Shown in pieces: positions 27,779-37,433 of a stretch of DNA of 64,000 nt (within the stretch, counting starts at the first letter, position 1; each line of letters begins with the position of its first letter). Under the pieces are notes generated by a model that was not told the DNA's origin, searched no databases, and saw only the letters and a list, made by a program, of their open reading frames with translations. This DNA is from an uncultured Chloroflexia bacterium (GTDB lineage Bacteria; Chloroflexota; Limnocylindria; Limnocylindrales; CSP1-4), in contig CAWHXD010000005.1 in NCBI GenBank assembly GCA_963833225.1, positions 32,001 through 96,000 on the forward strand. The letters are read 5' to 3'. Both the position numbers and the translations under genes were made by a program.

Positions 27779-29110
27779 GTGAGCGAGCGGACGATCCTGC
27801 ATGTCGACCTCGACGCGTTCTTCGCGGCGGTCGAGCAGCGCGACCGGCCCGAGCTGCGAGGCCGGCCGGTGATCGTGGGCGGTGCCGATCCGACGCAGCG
27901 CGGGGTCGTGTCTGCCGCCAGCTACGAGGCGCGCAGGTTCGGCGTCCACTCGGCGATGCCGCTGCGGACGGCCTACCGGCTCTGCCCGCACGGCGTGTAC
28001 CTGCCGGTGGACGGGCGGCGCTACCAGGCAGCGAGCCGGGACGTGATGGCGATCCTGCGCCGGTTCACGCCCCAGGTGCAGCCGCTCTCGATCGATGAGG
28101 CGTTCCTCGACGTGACCGGGTCGCGGGCGCTGTTCGGGAACGGCGAGACGATCGGGCGGACGATCAAGGCCGTCGTTCACGACGAGGTGGGGCTCACCGC
28201 GTCGGTCGGCGTCGCGGCCACCAAGCTGGTGGCCAAGATCGGCTCGGACCTGCGCAAGCCCGACGGGCTTGTGGTCGTGCCGCCCGGCGAGGAGGCTGCG
28301 TTCCTCGCCCCGCTGCCGATCTCCCGGCTGTGGGGCGTGGGCGAGAAGACGGCCGCCGTGCTGCGCGAGTTCGGGGTCGTGACCATCGGCGACCTGGCGG
28401 CGCTGCCGCGTGAGGCGCTGGAGCGGCGGTTCGGGAAGCACGGTGCCTCGCTGGTGGATCGGGCGCACGGGCTGGATCCCGACCCCGTCGCGACCGGGGA
28501 GCCGGCGAAGTCGATCGGGCACGAGCACACGTTCGGGCACGACACCTCCGATCGCGACGTGATCGAGCGCACGCTGCTGGGAATGGCCGACGGCGTCGCC
28601 TGGCGGCTCCGGGCGGCAGGTCTGCGGGCAGCCACGATCACCCTCAAGCTGCGCGACTCCTCGTTCACGACCATCACCCGGCAGACGACGCTCGAGGTGC
28701 CGGCTGACCTCACCGAGCCGATCTTCGACGCGGCGCTCGGGCTCCTGCGCCGCGAGCTCCATGGGCAGCGGATCCGGCTGGTGGGGGTCACGGCGTCGAA
28801 CTTCCGCGACCCGAGGCAGCTTGGGCTATTCGAGGGCCCGAAGGGGGAGGCGGGGCCGGCCGACCCGCGACGGCACCGGGCGGCCGAGGCGATGGACACG
28901 ATCCGGCGCCGGTATGGCGAGCGGGCCGTGACCCGGGGCCGGCTCGTCCGGGCGGGCGTGCCGACCGTCTTCGAGCGGGACCCGAACGCCGCGATCGAGG
29001 GGCGACCCGGGGTTCCGGGGACGCCGACGGGGCGCACTCGGAGGCACGAGCCGGCTCCGGCCGGCGACGACGCGGACGAGGGGGTCGATCCGCCCACACC
29101 GGAGGAGTAG
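27779..29110 (+). CDS. dinB: DNA polymerase IV
   Basis: HVDLDAFFAAVEQ, ASYEARRFGVHSAMP, SIDEAFLD, AKIGSDLRKPDG, IRLVGV. Confidence 0.95.
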   Translation: MSERTILHVDLDAFFAAVEQRDRPELRGRPVIVGGADPTQRGVVSAASYEARRFGVHSAMPLRTAYRLCPHGVYLPVDGRRYQAASRDVMAILRRFTPQVQPLSIDEAFLDVTGSRALFGNGETIGRTIKAVVHDEVGLTASVGVAATKLVAKIGSDLRKPDGLVVVPPGEEAAFLAPLPISRLWGVGEKTAAVLREFGVVTIGDLAALPREALERRFGKHGASLVDRAHGLDPDPVATGEPAKSIGHEHTFGHDTSDRDVIERTLLGMADGVAWRLRAAGLRAATITLKLRDSSFTTITRQTTLEVPADLTEPIFDAALGLLRRELHGQRIRLVGVTASNFRDPRQLGLFEGPKGEAGPADPRRHRAAEAMDTIRRRYGERAVTRGRLVRAGVPTVFERDPNAAIEGRPGVPGTPTGRTRRHEPAPAGDDADEGVDPPTPEE

Positions 29111-29196
29111 GCGAGCGCGCCTCCATTGCCAGAACGCCCGTGCGGTTTGTGACACCAGAGCTGTCACAGCGTTCGGCGACGCTTCGCTCACGACGC

Positions 29197-29251
29197 TTGA
29201 CATCGAACACCTGTTCGGTCTAGTGTCGCGGCAGAAACGAACAAGCGTTCG
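29197..29251 (+). promoter_or_regulatory. Promoter with two SOS boxes
   Basis: TTGACA-N18-TAGTGT; CGAAC-ACCT-GTTCG 29204..29217 and CGAAC-AAGC-GTTCG 29238..29251. Confidence 0.85.
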
Positions 29252-29304
29252 CATCCGGAGTGCCCCCGGCTGACGACGACACCCGCCGCGTGAAGGAGAA
29301 CACC

Positions 29305-29574
29305 ATGGCGATGGTTCGCGTCGCACCGGTCAGCGTCCGGGTTCGGACGGACTGGCTACGGGGCATTCCCCGCGAGATCACCTGGGGTGAGGACCGGATC
29401 CCGGTCATGCGTCTCGTCTCGGTCCGCGACGAGGGCCGCGCGTACCCGGCCATCACCGGGCCGCGCACCCTGTTCGAGGTGGACACCCCCGGGTACCGCG
29501 TCGCGCTCACCTTCCAGCATCGGTCGCGCCGCTGGACGATCGACGGGCTGGACGGCCTGGACGCAGCCGCCTGA
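29305..29574 (+). CDS. Small LexA-regulated protein (89 aa, possibly DUF6504-like)
   Basis: AAGGAG RBS; beta-rich P.EITW...V...RTLFEV...RRWTIDGLD pattern; directly downstream of two SOS boxes. Confidence 0.7.
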   Translation: MAMVRVAPVSVRVRTDWLRGIPREITWGEDRIPVMRLVSVRDEGRAYPAITGPRTLFEVDTPGYRVALTFQHRSRRWTIDGLDGLDAAA

Positions 29575-29687
29575 GGCCTGCCATCACCCTCGGGAGCCAC
29601 GGCTCCTCCCCGTCGGCTCCCATGACTGGCTGCGGGGCGGGCGCGATCGCGCTCGCCCCGCGGACCGCTTCGCGAACAGCCCGGTAA

Positions 29688-31040
29688 CTACTGGCGGAAC
29701 GCGACCTCCTGGACGACGAACTGCAGCCGACACCAGGTGATCGCCAGGTCCTTCGGGACCAGGATCGCGCCGGTCTCGGCGTCTCGAGCGCGGCAGGTCT
29801 GGGCTTCCGGGCTGTCCATCGAGACCGTGAGGAAGAGGCTCTGGTGTCGGGGCAGCCTGGCAAGGGCCGACGCGAGGTCTGGAGGCATGGCCACCACGAG
29901 GTCCCGCATCCCGCCGTCCCCGGTCTGCACCCGGATCCTCGTTGAGGCCAGCAGCAGCCAGGCAGCGTCAACATCGCACCCGTCCCGCTTGCGCACCCAC
30001 CCGCAGTCGCCCTTGACCTCCCGGACCTCCCACAGCGCGGCGGCTTCCGCCTGGATCCGGACCTCGGTGTTGCCGTGGCAGGCCAGGAAGTCGATGTGGG
30101 TGAGGCCGGTCACGGCGTCCGCGTCGGGGGCGCCGTAGCAGCGCGGTGCCGTGGGCGTGATCCAGGTCTTCGCGCCGTCGGCGTCCGCCACCCAGCCGAA
30201 CAGGTCGAGGACCTCGCTGTCTGTCTGGATCTCCCACCAGGTGTGGCCATCGCTTTCAACGGGGCCGCCCACGACCAGCATCCGGGTTCCGGCCGGCAGC
30301 AGTGGCTTGAAGCGCTTTGAGGCGTCGCCCACGCTGGGTGCACTGCGGACCCGCAGGTTGTCGCCGTCGAGCGTGACGATGGCGATGGACCCGACATGGA
30401 GACCCTCGTCCGCGGGCAGGGTGGGTGAGGGTGTCGGCGCCTCCGTAGCCCCGCCCGACGCGGTTGCCGAGGGCGTCCAGGCGGCAGATGGCGAGGCGAG
30501 CGGGTCCACGCCGGCGCCGCCGCGGTTCGCGACGAGCCGCGGGACGACGAGCGCCGCCGCGGCAACGCCCAGGACGGTGATCAGGGCCACGACGGCGATG
30601 ATCCGGGCACCGCCACCTCGCCCGCCGCCCGCATGCCCAGTCGCGCGGGCCGTGCCGACGGGCCGGGGTGGCGACGCACGCACGGCGGCCATGGCCGAAT
30701 CGAGCAGGTTGGGTGGCATCGTTCCCGCGACGTCGGGCCTCCCAGCGCCGCTCAGGCGCATCCGGCATTCGCTGATGAGGATCCGGTCCAGCCAGCCGTC
30801 GAACCGCTCCAGATCCTCGAGGCGCGGCAGCTCCCGCCAGGCAGCCAGCAGCGCGTTGGTCACGGCATCGGATGCCTCGACGTCGGAGCCGAGGATGGCC
30901 CGCGCCAGTCGCCATCCTCCGGCCAGCCGGGCAGCCGCCACCGCTTCGAAGGCGCCGATGTCGCCGTCCCGCGCCCGCGCGAGCAGCGCGGCGTCCTGGG
31001 GCGCGGACGGAGCGTTGGGTGCTCGACCAGCTTCCGACAT
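29688..31040 (-). CDS. ECF sigma region-2-like domain fused to a TM helix and an extracytoplasmic SH3b-like/Cys-rich domain
   Basis: RARDGDIGAFEAV..RLARAILG..ASDAV..AWRELPRLED.ERFDGWLDRI; TM helix; NLRVRSAPS..GPVESDGHTWWEI..GWVA. Confidence 0.65.
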   Translation of the reverse strand: MSEAGRAPNAPSAPQDAALLARARDGDIGAFEAVAAARLAGGWRLARAILGSDVEASDAVTNALLAAWRELPRLEDLERFDGWLDRILISECRMRLSGAGRPDVAGTMPPNLLDSAMAAVRASPPRPVGTARATGHAGGGRGGGARIIAVVALITVLGVAAAALVVPRLVANRGGAGVDPLASPSAAWTPSATASGGATEAPTPSPTLPADEGLHVGSIAIVTLDGDNLRVRSAPSVGDASKRFKPLLPAGTRMLVVGGPVESDGHTWWEIQTDSEVLDLFGWVADADGAKTWITPTAPRCYGAPDADAVTGLTHIDFLACHGNTEVRIQAEAAALWEVREVKGDCGWVRKRDGCDVDAAWLLLASTRIRVQTGDGGMRDLVVAMPPDLASALARLPRHQSLFLTVSMDSPEAQTCRARDAETGAILVPKDLAITWCRLQFVVQEVAFRQ

Positions 31041-31168
31041 GACTCCCCCTCTGGAGCGCAAGCATGCCACGTCGTGGGCGGCTGGCCGGCATGTTGGGCC
31101 GATCGGCCCGGGACCGTCGGACGCACCGGCCTGCGATGGGCGACCCGGGCCCTGTCTACAATCGACGG

Positions 31169-31837
31169 GTGGAACCGAGAAGCCGCTTTCGCGACCTGAC
31201 GGTCGCCGAGTTCGTCCAGCAGCTCGCGTCGGGCGAGCCAGTCCCGGGCGGCGGAGCCGCCGCCGCCATCGCCGGCAGCCTGGGCGCTGCCCTGGTCGCG
31301 ATGGTGGCCAACCTGTCGGAGGGGCGTCCAAAGTACGCGGAGCACGCGGATCTGCACGCCCGAGCGATCCCGGCCGCCGCTGAGCTCGTCGAGCGCCTGC
31401 TCGCTCTCGCCGACGAGGATGCCGAAGCATTCGCGGGGTATGGCGCGGCGCTCAGGATGCCGCGTGAGACGGATGAGGAGAAGACCGTCCGGACGGCCGC
31501 GATCCAGGAGGCAGCGCTCGCCGCCACGCTCTCGCCGCTGCAGGTGGTCGAGGCGTCGCTGGAGATCGTCACCCTGGCCGAGGAGCTGGCCGGGCGCAGC
31601 AACAAGAACGCGTCGTCGGACCTCGAGGTCTCGGCGCTGATGTCGGTGGCGGCCTGCCGGTCCGCGGCCGCGAACGTGTACATCAACCTGCCGTCGCTGG
31701 GCGACGAGTCCCGTGCCAAGGACATCCTCGAGCGGACGGTGGGGCTCGCGGATGCGGTCGAGCGCCTGGCCTCCAGGACACGCGAGGTGGTGCGCAGCGG
31801 CGAGGCCCGGGGCGTGCTCCCGGTGGAGGGCGAATGA
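31169..31837 (+). CDS. Formiminotetrahydrofolate cyclodeaminase/cyclohydrolase (FTCD_C family)
   Basis: LASGEPVPGGGAAAA, LVAMVANLS, DEDAEAF, NKNASSD, NVYINL. Confidence 0.9.
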   Translation: MEPRSRFRDLTVAEFVQQLASGEPVPGGGAAAAIAGSLGAALVAMVANLSEGRPKYAEHADLHARAIPAAAELVERLLALADEDAEAFAGYGAALRMPRETDEEKTVRTAAIQEAALAATLSPLQVVEASLEIVTLAEELAGRSNKNASSDLEVSALMSVAACRSAAANVYINLPSLGDESRAKDILERTVGLADAVERLASRTREVVRSGEARGVLPVEGE

Positions 31838-32762
31838 CCGCCTTCGCCGCCGACGACGGCCCCCGCCTCCTGCGCGGCGGGCCGATCGCCACCACCATCC
31901 GCGAGCAGGTCGCCACGGACGTCGCGAGCTTCAAGGCGGAGTACGGCCACGCGCCGGCCCTGGCCGTCGTGGTCGTGGGCAAGGACGCGCCGTCAGCGGT
32001 CTACCTCCACAAGATCCTCGACGGCTGCCGCCTGGTGGGGATCAAGGACCGGCTGGTGGAGCTGCCGGCCAACACCGACGAGCAGGGGATCGGCGACGCG
32101 CTGCGCGACCTCCAGGCCGACCCGCACGTGGCCGGGATCATCACCCAGATGCCGCTCCCGCCCGGGATTCCGCTCCGTGCGGTCATCGATGTCCTGGATC
32201 CGCAGCGTGACATCGATGGCATCCACCCGCTCAACGCGGGCCTCCTGTCGCTCGGCTATGACGGGTTCCTGCCGGCAACCGCCCACGCGAGCATCGAGAT
32301 CCTCAAGCAGTCCGGGATCGAGATCTCGGGCAAGCGGGCGGTGGTGGTCGGCCGGTCGAACGTGATCGGCAAGCCCGCGGCGCTGCTCGCTGGTCCGCGA
32401 GAACGCCACGGTCACGATCTGCCACAGCAAGACCCAGGATCTTCCCGCCGTGATCCGCAGCGCCGACATCGTGGTCGTCGCGATCGGCAGGGCGAACTTC
32501 GTGACCGGCGACATGCTGAAGGCTGGCGCCGTCGTCGTCGACGTCGGGATCAACGTGGTCGAGGGGCAGCTCGTCGGCGATGTCCACTTCGGTTCCGCCA
32601 GTCCGCGTCGCGTCCGCCATCACCCCCGTGCCCGGCGGCGTCGGGCCACTCACCAACGCGATCCTGCTCACCCATCTCGTGCAGGCCGCCCGCAGCCAGG
32701 CCAGAGGCCTGGTCCCACTGGGCGCCCACTCCCTCGCCGTCGCCACCCCGGAGGCCAGCTAG
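31834..32762 (+). CDS. folD: Methylene-THF dehydrogenase/cyclohydrolase, frameshifted
   Basis: [40 protein letters not shown] across three frames; shifts near 32390 and 32600. Confidence 0.9.
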
Positions 32763-34471
32763 ATGTCGTTCCCGTCCGATCTCGAGATCGCCCGCTCGGT
32801 CACCCCCCGCCCGATCGCCGACGTGGCCCACGACATGGGCTTCCGCGACGACGAGATCGAGCTGTACGGAGCCAGCAAGGCCAAGGTCACGATCGAGGGC
32901 ATCGAGCGCGCGGAGCGCGAGCGTCCGCGCGGCAAGTACGTCCTGGTGACGGCGATCAGCCCGACCCCCCTGGGCGAGGGCAAGAGCACCACCACGGTCG
33001 GTCTCGCCCAGGGTCTCCAGCGGATCGGCAAGCAGGCCACGGTCGCCCTGCGCCAGCCGTCGCTGGGCCCGGTGTTCGGGATCAAGGGCGGCGCCGCGGG
33101 CGGCGGCTACTCCCAGGTCATCCCGATGGAGGACTTCAACCTCCACCTCACCGGCGACACGCACGCGATCGGCGCGGCGCACAACCTCGCCGCGGCGTTC
33201 ATCGACAACCACATCCACCACGGCAACCAGCTCGGCATCGACGCCAACAACGTGCTCTGGCCCCGGGTCGTCGACATCAGCGACCGCGCCCTGCGCGACG
33301 TCGTGGTCGGCCTCGGCGGCAAGGAGAACGGCTATCCCCGCCAGAGCCAGTTCGTGATCACCGTCGCGTCCGAGGTGATGGCCATCCTCGCCCTCGCCGA
33401 GCGACCTCAAGGACCTCCGCGCCCGCCTGGGCCAGATCGTCCTCGCGACCAAGAAGGACGGCACCCCGATCACGGCCGAGGACCTTCAGGTCGCGGGCTC
33501 GATGACCGTGCTGCTCAAGGACGCCCTCAAGCCCAACCTGATGCAGACCCTCGAGGGCGGCCCCGCCTTCGTCCACTGCGGCCCGTTCGCCAACATCGCC
33601 CACGGCAACAACAGCATCATCGCCGACCGGGCCGCGCTCGCGGGCTCCGACATCCTGGTCACCGAGGCCGGCTTCGGGGCCGACATGGGGGCCGAGAAGT
33701 TCTTCGACATCAAGTGCCGCGCGTCGGGTCTGGCGCTGCGACGCCGCGGTCATCGTGGCCACCGTCCGGGCGCTCAAGATGCACGGCGGCGTGGGCCGGA
33801 TCGTGGCCGGCAAGCCGCTCGACCCGGTGCTGCTCGAGAGCAACCCGGAGGGGGTCCGCCGGGGCGGCGCCAACCTCGCCAAGCAGATCGAGAACGTCAA
33901 GGCGTTCGGGGTCCCGGTCGTGGTCGCGATCAACGTGTTCCCGACCGACACCGCCGAGGAGATCGCGGTGATCCGGGAGGTCGCCCTCGCCGCGGGTGCC
34001 CGCGACGCGGTGGTCGCCCGCCACTTCACCGACGGCGGGGCCGGGGCGGAGGACCTCGCCCGCGCGGTCTGGGCCGCGGCGGAGGAGGGCAGCCCCGACT
34101 TCCGGCTGCTGTACCCCGACGAGATGCCGCTGCGCGAGAAGATCGAGACGATCGCCACCCGGATCTACGGCGCCGACGGCGTGGACTACAGCCCCGCCGC
34201 GGCCAAGAGCCTCGCGCTCTACGAGGACCTCGGCTACGGCCACCTGCCGGTGTGCATGGCCAAGACCCAGTACAGCCTGAGCCACGACGCCAAGCTCCTC
34301 GGCCGGCCCACCGGCTACCGGCTGCCGATCCGGGAGGTGCGCCTGAGCGCCGGCGCCGGGTTCATCACCCCCCTGTGCGGCGACATGCGCACCATGCCCG
34401 GGCTCAACTCCCGCCCGGGCGGCGAGCGGATCGACATCGACGCCGACGGCAACGTGGTCGGCCTGTTCTAG
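32763..34471 (+). CDS. fhs: Formate-tetrahydrofolate ligase, frameshifted
   Basis: [55 protein letters not shown]; shifts near 33400 and 33735. Confidence 0.93.
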
Positions 34472-34485
34472 CGGTCGCGCCCCAC

Positions 34486-34510
34486 CGGCCCGGGTGAGCC
34501 ACCCGGGCCG
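34486..34510. terminator. GC-rich hairpin after fhs
   Basis: CGGCCCGGGT-N5-ACCCGGGCCG. Confidence 0.45.
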
Positions 34511-34571
34511 CGTTCTCGGTCGTCGCGGCCGCGTTCACCATCTAGCGGCCCGGCGCCGGTATGCTCCGGCG

Positions 34572-35696
34572 ATGATCCTCCAGCTGATCGTTGCCATCCT
34601 GGGCCTGCTCGTGATCGGGAGGACGGTGCTGAGCGCTGTCCGGACCTTCGTGGTGCCGCGCGGCGTCAACGACCGGCTGACCTGGGTCGCGTTCCGCATC
34701 ATCCGCAAGGGGTTCGACCTGGCGGCGCCTCCGTCGAGGCCGTACGCGGTCCGCGACCGGATCCTCGCGTACTACGGCCCGATCGCGCTGATCCTGCTGC
34801 CGGCCTGGTGGCTGGTTCTCCTGGTGGTCGGGTTCGGAGCGGTCTTCTGGGCGCTGGGCCTGCCCGCGCAGGAGGCGCTGGTGGCGTCCGGCTCATCGCT
34901 GCTGACGCTGGGGTTCCTCGAGCCACGCGTGCCGTTGGGTGACATCCTCGCGTTCATCGAGGCGGCAATCGGCCTGGCGATGGTCGCCCTCCTGATCTCG
35001 TACCTGCCCACGATCTACGGTGCGTTCTCCCGCCGGGAGCTGCTGGTCAGCATGCTCGAGGTCCGCGCGGACACGCCGCCATCGCCGGTGGTGATGATCA
35101 CGCGCATGCACCGGCTCCACGGGCTCGACGCGCTGCACGCGATGTGGGAGCGCTGGGAGCAGTGGTTCGCTGAGGTCGAGGAATCGCACAGCTCGCTGCC
35201 CGTTCTCGTCTTCTACCGGAGCCAGCAGGCCTCCCAATCGTGGGTGAACGCGGCGGGGGCCATCATGGATGCGGCTGCCCTGGTTCGCTCGTCGGTGGCC
35301 ATCCCGATGGATGTCCAGGCCGACCTGGTGATCCGCTCCGGATACCTGGCCCTGCGCCGCATCAGCGACTTCTTTCGCTTCCCGTATGACCCCGACCCCA
35401 AGCCGACGGATGCCACGTCGATCGACCGCGGGAAGTTCGATGCGGCGCTCGAGGTGCTCGCCCAGGCCGGCGTCCCGCTCGTGGACGACCGCGACCAGGC
35501 GTGGCGGGACTTCAACGGCTGGCGCGTGAACTACGACGTGGTGCTTCGCCGGCTGGAGCGGTTGACCGTGGCCCCGGTCCCGTGGTGGGAGCGTCCGATG
35601 CGGTCCGCGTGGGTCACCGACGAGCCGATGGTGGCGTCCGCCGAGCTGGAGACGGAGCCCGCCGGGCTGGAGACGGAGCCCGCCGCGGGCGCCTGA
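34572..35696 (+). CDS. Membrane protein with a potassium-channel-like pore segment
   Basis: TM-SGSSLLTLGF-TM, ISYLPTIYGAFSRRE, WEQWFAEVEESH. Confidence 0.7.
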   Translation: MILQLIVAILGLLVIGRTVLSAVRTFVVPRGVNDRLTWVAFRIIRKGFDLAAPPSRPYAVRDRILAYYGPIALILLPAWWLVLLVVGFGAVFWALGLPAQEALVASGSSLLTLGFLEPRVPLGDILAFIEAAIGLAMVALLISYLPTIYGAFSRRELLVSMLEVRADTPPSPVVMITRMHRLHGLDALHAMWERWEQWFAEVEESHSSLPVLVFYRSQQASQSWVNAAGAIMDAAALVRSSVAIPMDVQADLVIRSGYLALRRISDFFRFPYDPDPKPTDATSIDRGKFDAALEVLAQAGVPLVDDRDQAWRDFNGWRVNYDVVLRRLERLTVAPVPWWERPMRSAWVTDEPMVASAELETEPAGLETEPAAGA

Positions 35697-35708
35697 CGCC
35701 GGCGAGGA

Positions 35709-35936
35709 TCAGGCCAGCTGGTCGAAGAACACGAAGCCGGTGGCGATCACCCACGCCGCGGCAACGGCCAGCGCCGCGACGACACCCAGGGCGCCGATGC
35801 CCCACATCCGCCAGTCGATGGGTCCCAGCGTGTCGGCTTCGTGGTCATCGTGGCCCGCGGCGTGGTCGTCCGCGTGGTGGATCGGGTCCGGGGCGTGGGC
35901 CGCCGCGTCGGCGTCGCCCATGTCGTGGTCGGTCAT
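35709..35936 (-). CDS. Small single-TM protein with His/Asp-rich N-terminus
   Basis: GGAGG RBS; MTDHDMG..HHADDHAAGHDDHE, LGPIDW, TM helix. Confidence 0.6.
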   Translation of the reverse strand: MTDHDMGDADAAAHAPDPIHHADDHAAGHDDHEADTLGPIDWRMWGIGALGVVAALAVAAAWVIATGFVFFDQLA

Positions 35937-35998
35937 CGTGGTCTCGGTCGTACCTCCACGGACAGTCTGCCACGGGTGGCACACCCTAGACTGGGCGC

Positions 35999-36709
35999 GT
36001 GCTCACCGTCGTCCTCACCCGCCATGGTCTGACCGACCGCTCGGAGCCCGAGCAGCACCTCGGCCAGCACATCGACATCTCCCTTTCGGATGCCGGTCGT
36101 CGCCAGGCGGAAGCCCTCGGCCGGCGGCTGGCGGGCGTTCCCTTCTCCCGGGTGATCAGCAGCCCGCTGTTCCGGTCCCAGGAGACCGCCGGGATCATCG
36201 CGCCCATGGGCGTCCGCGTCGAGACCGACCCCCGGCTCAAGGAGATGGACTACGGCGGCTGGGAGGGGCTGACCTACCGGCAGATCGAGGCCCGCGATGG
36301 CGCCGCGCGCCGCGAATGGGAGCTGGCGCCGGACCGGCTCGCCTGCCCGGGCGGCGAGTCCGGCAACGACGTCGCGATCCGGGTCCGCTCGTTCCTCACC
36401 GACCTGCTCGCCGAGCACAAGGCGTGGCACGCCCGCGCCTCCTTCCGCGCGGCGACCGCGCAGGGTGGCCCGGGCGGTGCCCCAGGGGAGCGCCCGATCC
36501 TGGTCGCGGCTCACAGCTCCACGAACCGGGTGCTGATGTGCGTCGCGCTGGGCACCGACGTGCGCGACTACCGTCGGCGGTTCGTGCAGGCCCAGGCGAA
36601 CCTCACGGTGCTGCGCTGGGAGATTGGCGACGGACCCGAGGACGCGAAGCTGCTGGTCGCCAACGACCTGGGGCATGTGCGCGCGGCCGGCGAGCTGCCC
36701 TGGGCCTAG
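35999..36709 (+). CDS. Histidine phosphatase (phosphoglycerate mutase) family
   Basis: RHG motif, SSPLFRSQETA, EMDYGGWEG, PGGES. Confidence 0.9.
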   Translation: MLTVVLTRHGLTDRSEPEQHLGQHIDISLSDAGRRQAEALGRRLAGVPFSRVISSPLFRSQETAGIIAPMGVRVETDPRLKEMDYGGWEGLTYRQIEARDGAARREWELAPDRLACPGGESGNDVAIRVRSFLTDLLAEHKAWHARASFRAATAQGGPGGAPGERPILVAAHSSTNRVLMCVALGTDVRDYRRRFVQAQANLTVLRWEIGDGPEDAKLLVANDLGHVRAAGELPWA

Positions 36710-37404
36710 GAGCCGGGCTCGGACTCTGGGGGATCCACGACGGGTTTCGGGCTCCGCTTCGGCTTGCCGGGCATGCCCAGGCGCCACCACAGCAGCCCGA
36801 CGAACAGCACGATCACCGCGACCGCGATGGCCAGGTCGAACGGCTTGAGCATCTCGCGGATCTGGACCCAGTTGTCGCCCAGCAGGACGCCCGCCCAGAC
36901 CAGCGCGATCGACCATGGCAGGGCCCCGGCCGTCGAGTAGGCGATGAACTTGCCGAGGGGCATCCGCGTGACGCCCGCCGGGAACGAGATGAACGTCCGG
37001 ACGATGGGCAGCAGGCGCCCGAAGAAGACCGTGGCGGCGCCGTACTGCTCGAAGAACCGGTCCGCGGCCTCGATCTCGTGGTCCCGGATCAGCAGGTACT
37101 TCCCGTAGCGCTCGAGGAACGGTCGCCCGCCGTAGGCACCGATCGCGTACGCGATCAGCGAGCCGAGCGTGTTGCCCAGCGTGGCCACGATCACCACGAT
37201 CCAGAAGCTCCAGGGCTGCCCGGTCAGCGGCTCGACCTGGCTGGAGCTGGACACCATGAAGCCCGCGAACGGGAGGATCAGCTCCGACGGCAGGGGCACC
37301 ATGGCGGACTCGATCCCCATGGCCAGCAGGACGCCGACGTAGCCAACCGCCCCGTAGAGCGACTGGAGGAAGGGGAGAGCGATCTCGTCGATGAAGGCGA
37401 TCAC
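36706..37404 (-). CDS. DedA family membrane protein
   Basis: IESAMVPLPSELILPFAGF, FFGRLLPIVRTFISFPAG. Confidence 0.92.
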   Translation of the reverse strand: MIAFIDEIALPFLQSLYGAVGYVGVLLAMGIESAMVPLPSELILPFAGFMVSSSSQVEPLTGQPWSFWIVVIVATLGNTLGSLIAYAIGAYGGRPFLERYGKYLLIRDHEIEAADRFFEQYGAATVFFGRLLPIVRTFISFPAGVTRMPLGKFIAYSTAGALPWSIALVWAGVLLGDNWVQIREMLKPFDLAIAVAVIVLFVGLLWWRLGMPGKPKRSPKPVVDPPESEPGS

Positions 37405-37433
37405 GGGCCGAAGGGTAGCCTATGCTCGCTCCC

